64,000 bases of DNA. Source: Octopus bimaculoides. Taxonomy: Eukaryota. Both the position numbers and the translations under genes were made by a program. Below, one piece after another: positions 42,020 to 55,255 of the stretch. The first letter of the stretch is position 1, and every line of letters starts with the position of its first letter. The notes below the pieces were generated by a model. The model did not search any database and was not told the origin of the DNA. It worked only from the letters and a program-made list of their open reading frames with translations. The stretch lies in the NCBI RefSeq assembly GCF_001194135.2, contig NC_068987.1:419064-483063 (forward strand), read 5' to 3'.

Positions 42020-42050
<31 letters not shown>

Positions 42051-45000
42051 ATGCACAGACCAGTCAAACACACACACGCATCACATGCATACATTGACAT
42101 GCACATCAAGATGCTGACATCCAGGCACATACACACATTCAGTGACGGGGGAGGGGGGAGGGGCAGAGGAAACGAGGGAGAGGGACAAGAAACCCTAAAA
42201 AACAACTGGCTATCATTTGTAAAACATTTGTAAAATGCCTTCATCTCTCCCCTATTCTCCTCCCCTTCATAGCCCCAACACATGTCACAGCTCCATTATT
42301 TCAGTAAGGCCTTGGCCCCCTTTTTTTTTATAAGGCAGACCCTAGAGAAACAGAGGGGGGGGGGGAAAGTGGAATTTAAGGTGGTGGTGGTAGTTGTTTC
42401 ACACACACATGCGATGAGGGTCTTTCTCTCACTCAGTGGAGTGGAGGTTGGTTGTGGTGGGGAAACTAGAGAAAGAAACTGCTACACTACACCCTACATC
42501 ACATAACTGACACTGCCATACTACATCCCACACACAACCCATGCCTGTGAATGTGAACCCATAGGTTTTAAGTTCAAATAACGCATGAGGCTCATATTTA
42601 ATGCATTTAAGGAAGAGACTGTTTGCTCAGCTCAGATCTTTTTGTCAGAAATATTTTTCAGTTGTTTTCGTAATGATACCTGTAATATACTGGGGTTCTA
42701 TTCAAGGAAAAATCTATCATCTCATCAACACCATGACAAAATTGATGGTCATTGTTGGAATGTCTTTGGTAATAAATCCTCTCAATCAAAGATGATTTGG
42801 ATTTAATCAACAAAGAGCTTTTGAAGAAAACGCATGTGGTCTCTGCACCTGCTGGAAATGGCAACTAAATCTCCTTTCAATTATACACTGTAAGCTTTTT
42901 TCTCTCTTCATATTTACGCCCATGGCCTCCCATTCTGTGACTGGATACTTGCATAACCTCATCTACCGATAACATCTTCCCATACTTCTCTAGACATTCC
43001 TGTACGACTACTTTTAACCCTATCTCCAAGAGACCTGGCTCCAGCGCCACAACCAACACAAACACATAAATATGAACAACAGACTACACGTCTGTTGTCT
43101 CTTTCTTCTCTTCACGAATGTCGTAGAACATCAGATACGACCAAACACGTCACTGAACCATTTAAACCTATCAGGCACAAACATAGAAGAGAGAAATACA
43201 CGTCTTGTGCCATACGCATAGTTTACAGCAAAGAAAGTCAAATGATAAATGAACGTAGAGTAATCAGAGACACAACAACAACAACAACAACAGCAATAAT
43301 GCTGCAGAAGTATGTGATCTGGTTTCTGCTTCAGTTTGGTGTCAGATTGTTTTCCATCTCGATTAGAAAGTTATCACGAAAACAAGAACAGGATCCTTCA
43401 AATTGAGTGATGACACCATGGAAAAAATTAACCAGTAATGGGTTAACAGCTCTACATTAAGTTCATTGATGTCATTAAAAATACTAACGAGTCAAAATTT
43501 GTTGATTGCAAATTTGTCAGGCTTTGATTCAGCTAAAGTCAGCTTGTAAAAAGAAAAGATGCTGGACAGAAAAGATCATTGGTTGGACGGTCACTCACTG
43601 TCACAACCGTGGACTGTGATGAACAGACAGGAGAAATGAATGCAGTCCTGCTTTGCACCATTATTAACTTATCAGAAAAAGATAACCGGGGTGGGGTTTT
43701 TGGTTAGTGTTGAGGTTGGTGAATGACTGGTTTTAATTTGATATTGACCTTTGTTCAGTGTTATGAGAGGGGACGAAGAGTGTAGGGGTGTGTATGGGTA
43801 ATATATCATGGTCATATATCCTGCTAAAAATAATAGCCAAATTTTCCTCAAAACACACTATTTTGAAAGCTATTACAGAATGACCAAATCTGAAAACAAC
43901 TTTGATCAATTGGTCTGCTCAGTCAGAACTGACCTGGGGTTAAACGACAACCACCACCATCACCATTGTAGCTATGTAGATATACTTAAATATTTAACCA
44001 ATCCTCTTTAAAGAACTGGTAAACAAGCACAGACTAAATGGCATTAACATTGTGTCAAGTTAGTTGAGAGTTCCTCTTTTACGTAATTCCTTCTTGAATT
44101 GGCACCAACCCTTTCGGTTGGTGTCAAAAACTGGCAGTGAAGAGGTCAGATAACAATTTCTCCTAAAATGGTAAATGGTTCTTTAAGTTTAGAAAAGAAC
44201 TTCCTCTGGTACTTGGAAATAAGAGGAACAACTTCTTATTGTCTACTTATTTATTAGAGGGGATTGGTAGAATCATTTCAGCATGAGACATTATGATGTT
44301 TTAGGTACTGAGTTCAATTCCTGCCTAGGCCAACTTTCCTTTTCATCCATCTGGGGCTGACAAAGTACCAGTTAAATACTGGGGTTGTTGTCATTGATTA
44401 TACTCTTCTCGTTGACATTGCTTGCTTTTTGTCAAAACCAGAAATCTTGATTTGATGTGTTGTTGTTGTTTGAGCCCAGATTAGTCCTTCAACACATAGC
44501 ATACCTCATATGTATATATATGTAGGTATATAAATATGAGGTGTGTGTGTGTGGGGGGGGGGGCATCCAGCCATAGGAACCATGAAAAATCAGATTGGAA
44601 CCTGGTGCAGCTCCCCAGCTTACCAGTTTGCAGTCAAACTGTCCAACCCATGCCAGCATGGAAAGCAGATGTTAAATGATGATGAAGATATATATATATA
44701 TACACACATATATAAAATCTACATGGTATCTTTTACTATAACTCTGGGCTAACCAATGCTTTGTGAGTGGATTTGGTTGACAAACTGAAAGAGGTCCATT
44801 GTGTGTGTGTGTGTATTTCTCTCTATATGTGTATATGTGTGTATATATTTATCTCTTTATATGTCTGTGTGTGTGTAGAGGCTTGTCTTGACACTGTGAT
44901 GGTTGTAAACAATCATCATCATGACACAAGTTGTCTGTTTCTAGTCTTGTGTGAAAGACATGTCTGGCCAAGGGGAAATATCCCCTTACTTGGAAATAGG

Positions 45001-45757
45001 TGAGGATTGGCAACAAGAAGGACCTCCAGTTGTAGAAAATCTGCCTCAACAAATTCCGTTTGACCCATGCAAGCATGGAAAAGTGAATGTGGTGATGTTG
45101 ATGACGATGAAATGGCCAAAGAATTTAACATTTTGGTTTTTATTGGTTGAAATATTGACTTCCTGAGTAAATATAATCTATGATAAATATTGAATTAAAC
45201 CTTAATTATCTCCTGATTCTCAATTAAAATACAATTTAAAAAAGTGTGCATGACCTCTGCCTCTAAATTTGTTGTCTTACAACTCGCAGAAAAATGGATA
45301 TTTTTTAGATGAAATTTTCTGCAAATAAACTTCAGATGGTCTCGATTCTGATTATATCAGAATTGGTCGTGAAAAACTTTTCCAAAGGTGTGGAGAAGAG
45401 TTTTGGAAAATTCACACAAGTCAGTTTTTGTTTCCATATAACTTTCAGAAAAATGGATATTTTTCCCTCTAAATATTTTTTTCAGACAGTGAAGATTATG
45501 ATTAGAGTGGAATTTAATATCCATACTGATACACATCACAGACATCTGATGTTGTTCATAATCTGCTATTCCTTCTCTAAGACAATTCTCTATTCTATGG
45601 TGAAACCCTGAAATATGTTCTTAAAATACCTTTTTTTTCTTGTTGATTTACATAATGCAAGTAAAAAATCCCATTTTTTTCTTAATACTTTCATCTTGTT
45701 GTTCTGTATTTTTAGCTTGAAAGTCTGCCCAAGAAATTCTTCAGTGAACAATCCAAG

Positions 45758-45838
45758 ATGAGACAGCAGAAACGAGTACCTTGTTGCAGTAATTTGGTCT
45801 TGAAATACATGTTTCTTGTATTTAATTTTTTCTTTTGG
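45758..45838 (+). CDS. CD151: Tetraspanin (CD151/TSPAN11-like), coding exon 1: MRQQKRVPCCSNLVLKYMFLVFNFFFW
   Basis: Hand-translated. Tetraspanin N-terminal pattern CC..LKY.F..FNFFFW, followed by donor GTGAGT at 45839. Acceptor TTTTTAG ends at 45715, so the exon starts at 45716. Not in the ORF track. Confidence 0.88.
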
Positions 45839-46374
45839 GTGAGTAGATAAAAATTGTAATGTAATGTGTTTTATATATATGTGTGTGTGTGTGTGTGTGT
45901 ATATATATACATACATATATATATATATATATATTTATTCTTTTACTTGTTTCAGTCATTTGACTGATTTCTGATGTCTAATGATTGATGGTACTGCAGA
46001 CATAGCATCACTCATGTCAGCATATATTAAGGAAGATGATGAGGAGGAGAAGGAGGAGGAGGAGAAGGAGAAAGAGGGTATGGCTGAGGCATGAGTAACC
46101 TTTTTCAAAAAGTGGACCCCATGAGACATGGCTCTCCATCTGGTGGACTGCACTACTAAAATATTCGAGGTGATTTATTATTTAGGTGTGCCATTTAGAA
46201 AGTTCTGTGGGCTCGTAATAGCTTGTTGTGGTCATGATAATGATGGTGATGATGACAATAGTGATCATCATCATCATCATCAACATGCAGGTATGGTTTG
46301 ATAATGATGATGATGTAACTTGATTGCATAGTGTATAATGATGATGATGATGATGTTGTTGTCTCCAATTGCAG

Positions 46375-46566
46375 ATATCTGGCATTGTGTTGTTGGTAAT
46401 AGGAATCTGGTTGGTGCGAGAGAAGCACCATTATATCGAACTGCTGGACAATAACTCCTTCCCTGTGGCCACCTACCTCCTGATAGCTGCTGGGGCCAGC
46501 ATATTGGTCATTGGTCTCCTTGGATGTATCGGCGCCATTAACAATGCCAGCTTACTTCTATTGATT
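46375..46566 (+). CDS. CD151: Tetraspanin coding exon 2 (end of TM1, small extracellular loop, TM2): ISGIVLLVIGIW...GLLGCIGAINNASLLLLI
   Basis: TTGCAG acceptor, GTGAGT donor, 192 nt, phase 0. The GLLGCIGA motif is typical of tetraspanin TM2. Confidence 0.95.
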
Positions 46567-46884
46567 GTGAGTAGCCCCTGCTCTAATCTCTCTCTTTCCT
46601 TCACACACACACACTTTCTCTCTCCCTCTCTCTAGTGTAGTTGTTCAAAGCTGATGATTCTCTTGGTCACTGCTGAAATATTTTCAATATGGACAACCCT
46701 TCAGGTGAGGAGGTCAATAATAATAATAATAATAATAATCATATGATCTCAGTAAATAATTAGTTTTCATTCCACAAATAAATTGTGTAATACGCATTGG
46801 GTTAGTTTGTCTTCTGTTGTGCGTTGAGTTGTGTATTGCCCTCTTGTGCCCTGAGATATCTGTTGCCCTCTTTGGGAGGCAAAA

Positions 46885-47060
46885 CATATGTAGGCTCAGG
46901 CATGGTTGTGTGGATAAGAAATTTGCTTCCCAACCATGTGGTCCCAGGTTCAGTCCTACTGCATGGCACCTTGGGCAAGTGTCTTCTACTATAGCCCTGG
47001 ATTGATCAGAAACTTGTGAGTGGATTTGGTTGGTGAAAACTGAAAGAAGCCCATTTTATA
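46885..47060 (+). mobile_element. SINE family A 5' half in tetraspanin intron
   Basis: Head with GGTTCAGTCC and GGCACCTTGGGCAAGTGTCTTCTACTATAGCC. Other partial copies at ~32930-33050, 44740-44830, 54770-54875 (-), 55690-55800 (-), 56385-56560. Confidence 0.8.
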
Positions 47061-47476
47061 TATTGTTGTGTCTTGGGAGGGACATAAAAGTAATAATAAT
47101 GAAGACACATGCACTGGTTCAGTATCACTTCTTTATTGTTAAATATCTAACCAACTAATTAATCAATCATTTGTTTAAGCAATCAATTGATTGTTTGTCA
47201 AACAAACAGGTGCCACTGGTCTTGCCGGGAACTGGAAACAACAGCCTATGAATAAGGCCAGACATGTTTTTGCAGTCAATTGCCAGCACATTAGAACCAT
47301 TGGCTTGAACAGGAAGGTTGTTGTTGTCTGTAATGAGCAAACATTTGAAGATTAGGAGAAACACACACACACACACATACATATATATATATACTCACAC
47401 ACACACACATACATATATACACACACACAGCCACCACCACCACCTTAACAGTTACCACTGTATTTCTTATTTTCAG

Positions 47477-47551
47477 TACTCGATGTTCCTTTTGGTTATT
47501 TTCCTCCTGGAGGTCATAGCTGGAACGGTGGCCTGTATGTATGGTGACTCG
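47477..47551 (+). CDS. CD151: Tetraspanin coding exon 3 (TM3): YSMFLLVIFLLEVIAGTVACMYGDS
   Basis: TTTTCAG acceptor, GTAAAG donor, 75 nt, phase 0. Carries the conserved TM3 polar residue in LLEVIAG. Confidence 0.95.
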
Positions 47552-47995
47552 GTAAAGTATAACATGTTCTTTCTTCTTTTTTACCCTCGTGCTACATACA
47601 CAGTGTGTGTGTGTGTTGCTTTTAAGTTTCTTAGAGAACTATTAACAACAGCAGTGAGGCATTTTGTTAAACCCCTCCACATTTGCAATTATTTTCAAAC
47701 TTTGAAACTGATGAGCTGAGAATTTGCATTAGTCAAAGGGTAAGAAAGGGGTTTAGAGAGGTGGTGGTGGGGGGCACATAAAATCTCTTCAACTAATGAA
47801 ATCTACTTTGAAACAAAGTCTATCTCTGGATGTGAACTGTTATGACAGTATTAAAGGAGTTTTAGGAATAGAAATAATGATGATAATTATATTTTACAAG
47901 GATTGACGTAACTCTTCACAAATTTCGGAATGGCTGGATAGCTTTCTACTTTAGACTGTAATTTCTATAACTTTGAATTTTTATCACTTTTCATT

Positions 47996-48038
47996 TTGAA
48001 CTTGACAAAGACAGGCTTGCTTTCGAAATATCGTTCAA
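47996..48038 (+). ncRNA. Minimal type-I hammerhead ribozyme-like motif (Penelope-like-element type), U3-A8 core variant
   Basis: UUGAAC-UUGACAA-A-GACAG/GCUUG/CUUUC-GAAA-UA-UC^-GUUCAA: 6-bp stem I, stem II with one mismatch, palindromic AUAU stem III. Folded by eye only. Confidence 0.55.
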
Positions 48039-48065
48039 CCAATAAATTATCTATTGCAATCGCAA

Positions 48066-48180
48066 AAGAAATTTCGGATGTGGAAGCAAGGTTTAGAATG
48101 AAAAGGCCTTAGAATCAATGTAGCGAAGACCAAAGTTCTAGTAAGTAGGAAGGTAAACTCATCACACACCCCCTCAGGCA
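48066..48180 (+). mobile_element. Short RTE fragment (KKFRMWKQGLE*KGLRINVAKTKVLVSRK) in tetraspanin intron
   Basis: Homologous to the reverse complement of 14850-14950. Confidence 0.75.
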
Positions 48181-48899
48181 TCTAACAAAGATGATGATGA
48201 TGATGATGATGGACAACATGTGGTGTGGAGAAGAATCATCTACATGTGACAGCATGATGAAAAGAATGCTGAAATGAGGACTAGATATGGAGATAGGGCT
48301 GTATAAGATACCTCCCTGGTTTCTCACTCATCAGGCCTTGTTTAGATCCCCATCTGCACCCCCATGTCTCTATCAACCATCTTCCCCCATTCACTGTACC
48401 ATAACATCCATGGAATATTCAGGTTGTTTCATGACTACGGATCCACTGAATATTTCTGGGTAATCTCCTTTATTTTTCTCTGTATAAAGAGAATAGCAAA
48501 ATGTATTTACATCTGCATAAAGTTCCACAGTGGAAAGTTAAAAACTTTACTTTAACCATTTAAAATTATTTTAGGTTTTCTAAGATTTGCTGTGTTATGC
48601 ATAAATGCTTATCAATTTACACACACATTTCTGTGTGTACATGTATCTATCATCATCATCATCATTTAACATGCATATATATATACATACACACAACCAT
48701 GTGTGTGCATATAAACACACACATCTACTTGTATCTCCTTGTAACCACAGAAGTCTGGAAACACCCAAGAGATTTTCCTTCTTCCATAGCAAAGCCACAC
48801 CTTCTTTAATAGGGTTACATACATACATGGATTATTACTTACATACATAAACATACATTATTACTGACATAGACACACACATACATATATCTACACATG

Positions 48900-48962
<63 letters not shown>

Positions 48963-50049
48963 ATATATATATATATATATCTACACATATATATGTATAC
49001 AAGTCTGCATGCATATGCAGACTTGTAGGTTGTATGTTTCTAGGTTAATTATTTACGTATGTGGAAGTTTGAACGTGTATTTGTGTGTGTGAAGTTAGTT
49101 TCAGTTGACAATAAAGTTATCATGCCAGAATGTTATGCAAATTTCTTTACATTACTTGTTTCCATGGTAACATAGCTGTAGTCACACAGTCTTCTCCCTC
49201 TACTTATACTGCTACTACAATGGCCTCTGTTTTCCAGAAATAGCTGGTATCATGCCCCACCGCCTTTATATCTCTCTTCCCTCTTGTATCCTCTGGTCAA
49301 ATCCTTCTTCCCCAGAATGTCATTCCTCCTGGAATTCTCACATCTATATGGTTCTTTTACAACAACCAACTTACAGTTGTTCAAGAGAAATGTTAGCCCT
49401 GTTGGTCTTGCTGATGTTGCAGGGCTGTGAAGGTTACGGGCTTAAACCTTCTTTCACATTATACATCATTATTAAAATTGGTCAGCTGACAGTTTCCATA
49501 GCAACTCAGCTCACTTCTTGTGACACACTCATTTTTAGTCATTAGCCCACTGTAATAGCCCTGTTCTTCATTCCCATCTTAGACATTTGCATTTAGACAG
49601 AAAAGGCTACCTTGTTTAGCAACTAAATGTTGCTAAACTTGCCACTTTTCATTATAGGGAGTTGTGGCTGGCCCTTGTTAAACACATCATTGTCCTAGAG
49701 AGATATGGCTACCCAGTTGTAGAGAAGGATATTTCTACCTTATCCTAGGGAAGAGTCACTTCTCTGTCAGTGATGGTCACTGCTCAACAAACCTCACAGT
49801 GGTTTTAGATTGCAAACATTCAGTTATTGTGAGTTTGTGCATTGCAACGAGGATGTCAGTAGTAAATATTCTCTGCTTTGTTGTGTGTGTGATCATCATC
49901 ATCATTTAACGTCCATTTTCCATGCTGGCATGGTTTGACAGGAGCTGACAAGGCTGGGATCTGCACCAGACTTTGTCTGTTTTGGTATGGTTTCTATAGC
50001 TGGATGCCCTTCTTAAAAACCAACCACTTTCCGTTCATAGTAAATGTGG

Positions 50050-50082
<33 letters not shown>

Positions 50083-50449
50083 TATAAATACCTGTTGTTT
50101 CCGGGGAGAGTCATTCTCTTTTCGTGCCTTATAATTTAACAGACTCATGGGTAAAAGTTCCACTTATTTCTTTGCGTCTTGCAACCTTTTCATTAGCTTT
50201 AAATTACAAGGCAGCAAAAGAGAACGACTCTCCCCAGACACAACAGAATATGCTCCAACACACGAACTCACATAAAGGATCTTGCAAACCAAATCCCAAA
50301 ACGAAATATATTGTATGCAGTCTATATATGTCTCTCTCTCTGTATGTATGTATACATACAATACAAATTCCCCCCNNNNNNNNNNNNNNNNNNNNNNNNN
50401 NNNCCCAATTAGTTGTAATTGTGTTTATTTTTCTTTGTGTGTTGTCCAG

Positions 50450-50548
50450 ATGAATGCTGAGCTGAAGAAGAGTCTGAACCACACAATGCTGGAGAGTTAC
50501 AGATACAACAGAGAAAAGACTGAAGCCATTGACAAGATGCAGATTACA
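50450..50548 (+). CDS. CD151: Tetraspanin coding exon 4 (large loop helices): MNAELKKSLNHTMLESYRYNREKTEAIDKMQIT
   Basis: TCCAG acceptor, GTAAGT donor, 99 nt, phase 0. AIDKMQ matches the tetraspanin A.D..Q motif preceding CCG. Confidence 0.93.
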
Positions 50549-51531
50549 GTAAGTCTACTGATTTGTTGTTTGTGAACTGGAGTAGTAGGAGTAGGAGTAG
50601 GTTGGCTGAGTCGGTGGAGCATCGGGGAAATATCTTGCTGCATTTGTTCTGGATTGCTACAGTCTGAGTTCAAGTCTTGATAAGTTCTGTTTAATGTTTG
50701 ATCCCTTTTTTGGGGTGATGAAATACCAGTTATATAGTGAGGGGTTAATGCCCACCACCCCATCAGCATTGCAGGCCTTATTCCTAAATAAAAACTAGTG
50801 ATTTTTGTTGTTGTTGTAGTATTCCTGCTGCAGTCAATGAATGTTTGTAGACTTCCTGGAAACAGCAGTCAAATTTTCAAATAATCGTAACCTATCAGAT
50901 AACAACAAGACACGCTCTGAGTAATGTAGACTGAGATGGTCATGACAGGAATGTCTTTAATCGCAAGTCTGCTGCTTGTGTGGTTAATAAGCAACATATT
51001 TCTAGCAATGAATAAATTCTGGGCCTCTGTTTTTCCTGTTTGTTTCAACTCTCACCTCTCCTCCGGTCAGACACAAACCACTGAAGAAGCTGGGATATGT
51101 GACATGATGTGTGTGGGGTGGGGGTGGTGGTAATTGACCAATCAAAGCATTGTGAAAAAACAGGTGGGGGTAGCAATGTAATTTCTTTCTGGTGGTTAGA
51201 GTAATAATTAGTAGTATTATATAGATATTAAATTAACCGTTATAATTAGATTTCCCTGATAGTAATTAATACAATATTAATTAGATGTAAAATCACCACC
51301 AGGTGGCACTAATTACTTCTTCCATATAAAGACAGGGGAGGTAACTCAAAATCGGTTCACTGAATACTCTATGGAAGTGAAGAATGGGACACAGAAATAT
51401 TGTGGGAACTGTTTGACATATAATGATTGCAGTATCTAATTCAGTCGACAACTGTTTTCCCCTCTCTCATACATCTGCCCCTCCTCTCTAAAGCGGGTCT
51501 ACTCCTCCTGTCACTCTTTTCTCCCCCCCAG

Positions 51532-51687
51532 TTTCACTGCTGTGGTGCTGGTTACTACAAGGACTGGCGGGCAAGCAGATGGCTGCGGTTAGACAAAAAT
51601 ACAGAGAATAAAACGCCTGATAGTTGCTGTAGAACCCCGAGTGATGGATGTGCCAAGAGGGATCATCCTTCAAACATCTACCACAAG
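51532..51687 (+). CDS. CD151: Tetraspanin coding exon 5 (large loop variable region): FHCCGAGYYKDW...PDSCCRTPSDGCAKRDHPSNIYHK
   Basis: CCG and PDSCC motifs. FHCCG...DW...W...PDSCC...C..RDH.SNIY is characteristic of CD151/TSPAN11. CCCCCAG acceptor, GTAAGT donor, 156 nt. Confidence 0.97.
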
Positions 51688-53259
51688 GTAAGTTCACACA
51701 CATTCACACATATGCGAAAATATACAAACACACACCTCAATATATAAATATATCATCCTCCCTCCTCTGGCCCCTCTGCTGGTGACACGTAAAAAGCACC
51801 CACTACACTCACGGAGTGGTTGGCATTAGGAAGAGATGACAAACGACTGAGGTATCTAACAGTTGTTTCTTATGACAAATTAAATTTTCTGATCAATCAT
51901 AACTAAATTCCTTGTCATTGAGCCACAGATTTCGAAAATCAAATTTGTTTTTCTTCAGGATATACCATTTCAGCGACAAATTTACAAACATACACTCCCA
52001 TTTAGATAGAGATCTTTCTGATGCCTGGTTGAGTAGGAGGGCAGAACGGTGACCAAGCAAGCTGTGGGCACAAACCTGGGTGAATCTGACCCCAGGAGCA
52101 GATCTTGGTGGTAGTAAAAGAAAAAATATATGATATATAAATCAATTTAAATAGCTTCTTTTTTGCCTGCTTTTAGTGTTGTTGTCTTTGTGGCCATGTG
52201 GGTAATTGCACATGCTGTATTACACATCCTGAGCAAGGTTCAATCCCTTCCAGGAGCACTATCCTTGGTGTTAATAGAAATTTGAAATATTTTAAAATAT
52301 AATATTTACTCCCCGCATTCCACTGCTCTTGTAATTCCTTGGGAGAGTTACAGATTGAAACCCCCTCCCAGTGCATTAAATCCCTACTTCATATCTATCT
52401 GTCTATTTATTTATATATATATATATCAGTGTTGTCCTTTTCCCATCCAAATGACTTGATCTGGGGTTGCCTGTTGAAATTGAAACAACATGGAACAGCC
52501 ATATTCTGATCCATTAAGGGACAAACAAAATCTGTTGAATTCACTTTTATTTGATGAAAGAAACAATGAAAAGGTTACAGAAGTGGAATGAAAATTGTCA
52601 CACCTCAAGAAAAAAAAACAAAATGAATTTAATAGTTTTCGTGTCTACAATGATCTGCTTCACATGCGTATTTCCCAGTCTACATGATGTATAATGCAAA
52701 GAATTTGTGTCTCAGATTCAAAGATAACATCTAGTTAGAATTCTTTGGTACTCTAGGCAGAAGGCCTGGAATTTTGGGGAAAGGATGAAAGGCAAAGTCA
52801 ACCTCGGCAGAATTCAAAACCAGAACATAAACACAGTTGGAATACTGCTTAGCATGCTAATGCCCCTGTTGGCTCTCCGCCATCTTGATAGAATTCTGCA
52901 GTCAGAAAGTGTTTGCAAACAATTGTAATGTGTATGCACACACATACATGTGTGTGTTTGCATGTTATATAATGTGTGAAATGCTGGAAACAGTTGAAAA
53001 GCTCTTGCACAAAATGTCCATCAGGCCACCACTGTTTTTCTAAATAATTGTTTTTTATATAATTAATACTTTGTTATAATTAGAAAATTTTTTGTTGTGT
53101 GTGTATGTATATATATATAATCTAGCTGCATGGAATGTGTGTATTGTATGCTTGTATATAACTGTGTGCAGAATTATGTATAATATATATGTATATATAT
53201 CTAGCATTATACTGTTGTGTGTTTATACAATGTTTATCCATATCTCACTTGTTCTCCAG

Positions 53260-53343
53260 GGCTGCGCTAGAAAATTGGAAGAATTTTTCCGAGACAATCT
53301 CTATATAATTGGAAGTGTTGGTCTCGGTTTGTGTTGTTTACAG
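53260..53343 (+). CDS. CD151: Tetraspanin coding exon 6: GCARKLEEFFRDNLYIIGSVGLGLCCLQ
   Basis: CTCCAG acceptor, GTGAGT donor, 84 nt. Final large-loop cysteine (GC..KL) and start of TM4. Confidence 0.95.
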
Positions 53344-53792
53344 GTGAGTCACGTATATATACTCTGCCGTCCCCTCTAACCCTTATCAATATGATGATAA
53401 TCCCAACAATGTCTATTGGATTTATTACATCTGGGTAAGCTGTAGATGGCGACAGGGCCTAGACTTAAAGGGAGGGGCTTAGAGTGTGTGGTTTATGGGA
53501 ACTCTGGTAGAGGTAGACATAGCAGTGAGAGGGGAAGGGGTGCTTCGTGTGGAGTCGGAGCACATTCTCATTTGTCTCCACCACCATCGCCCTTATTCAG
53601 AGTAATGGCCTTATTTTATGGAATCGACATTTAAGGGTTCCCTTGTTTTTAGCTTCTCACTACTCTGCCCAGTTCCTGGGGGAGAGGTTAGAATTAAGGG
53701 TGCACCTGATGGAGTTAGTGTAGGGGGCCACAGACCATGCACCCCCACCCATCATCACCAGTTAATCATCCCTTTTTTTTTTTCCTTTTCAG

Positions 53793-53858
53793 ATAATCGG
53801 AACAGCGTTAGCATGTTGTCTTATGCAACGTGTCAAATGGGGAACAAGGCTGCAATAA
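53793..53858 (+). CDS. CD151: Tetraspanin coding exon 7 (end of TM4 and tail): IIGTALACCLMQRVKWGTRLQ*
   Basis: Long T-tract with TTCAG acceptor. Juxtamembrane CC, TAA at 53856-53858. Summed exons give 250 aa, a typical tetraspanin length. Confidence 0.9.
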   Translation: MIGTALACCLMQRVKWGTRLQ

Positions 53859-55255
53859 TTGGGTGCAGCGTTGCACAACATTAGATCTTTTGCTGCATCA
53901 TGCTGAACTGCATCAACACAGAACTATATATGCATACCACTAATATACACATGCACAGACATGGTGTTATATATATATATATACACACACACACTCCCTC
54001 AATGTCTCTCAGACCTACATATATACATACTGCTTATACACACTAATTAACAACACATCTCTGACTATATATATATATCATTTCACTTATATACATATGC
54101 ATGCAAGACCACATACATACCCCAATCCATATGTATATAGACATACACGCATATACATGCATACACACAGAGAGACAAATATATAGACATGTGCATGTAT
54201 ACAGATGTCTGTAGAGAAATATATATACATGCAATTTGGATTTAAAAATGAGAGACAACAAAATACTCAATCGGATTTGGAAGATGGAACCTGTCTGAGT
54301 TGTTTCTGTGAGTTTGGCCGTTTCCATTCCAGGAGAGATGCACGAAATGCAGAGTAGTCACCGAATATATATATATATATGTAATATAAAAGTATTGTAG
54401 ATATAATATAAACAATATTGTATGTGTGTTGACACTGATTCAAAAATGAGAAAAAAACCAAAAACCTTGAATTTGCTTGGCAGACAGCCATTGATATAAA
54501 AATGTGGCATGAAAGCCTCACAATCATCATTCTTGATATACATTTCTACAGCAAACACAGTGTGTGCACTGGGCCCTGGATCATCCATGATAGAAACTGA
54601 AATGAAATAATGGTAAAACATTAGCTACATGAAAATACTCTTACCACATGTCGAGCTTTTATTTGTGCTTCACTAATGACAAGTGCAGCCAAGATTTTTT
54701 TTTTTTGCTGCACTTTGGGGTGTATGTGTATAAATTGGTTTTATGTTTTTTTTCTTTATATATGTGTATATGCACACACAGTTGGTTTCCTTCAGCTTCT
54801 GTCTCCCTGATTTACTCACAAAGTCTAGAAAAGACACTTGCCCTAGGTGCCATGCTGGGGGACCTGAAATACACTTTGTAACCACCGTCATCCTCCCCCT
54901 TCTTCATTAAGTCATATATATAGGTGTGTGTGTGTGTGTGTGTGTATATAAAATCTTTGTGATTTAAGGACGATTTGTCTGCTGTTGGTAAAGAGGGAAC
55001 TGGTCCTGAAGAGCAGGGTTTCACAGCCCTTATACTAACAAAGATCCCTTTTCTTTAAACTAATTTTCCCATCGACCCAACCTTTTGAAAGATATTTGTC
55101 TTCTTAACAAAACAATTTTGAACTTTGCACATGCCCACTCCTCATAGTCCAGTGGATTAATATGAAGATGTAACATGGTAACATGTTAGTCCGTCAACCC
55201 ATTGATAAATGGTTCAAGTCCTCCTATGGTAGTATCAATTCCAAATATTGTTTCA

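Noticed and set aside
42601-42795. ORF with FCQKYFSVVF...IYW as a possible tetraspanin first exon
   Set aside because: Lacks the FN motif and a good donor; the exon at 45758-45838 fits far better.
42940-43406. ~155-codon open frame with raised CpG content, as a possible exon or promoter
   Set aside because: No ATG near its start, no motif, no clear splice sites; includes an (ACA)n run.
53849-53869. GCTGCA/TGCAGC hairpin around the tetraspanin stop codon as a readthrough signal
   Set aside because: Only 6 bp, the stop is UAA-U (not a leaky context), and a second stop follows within 9 codons.
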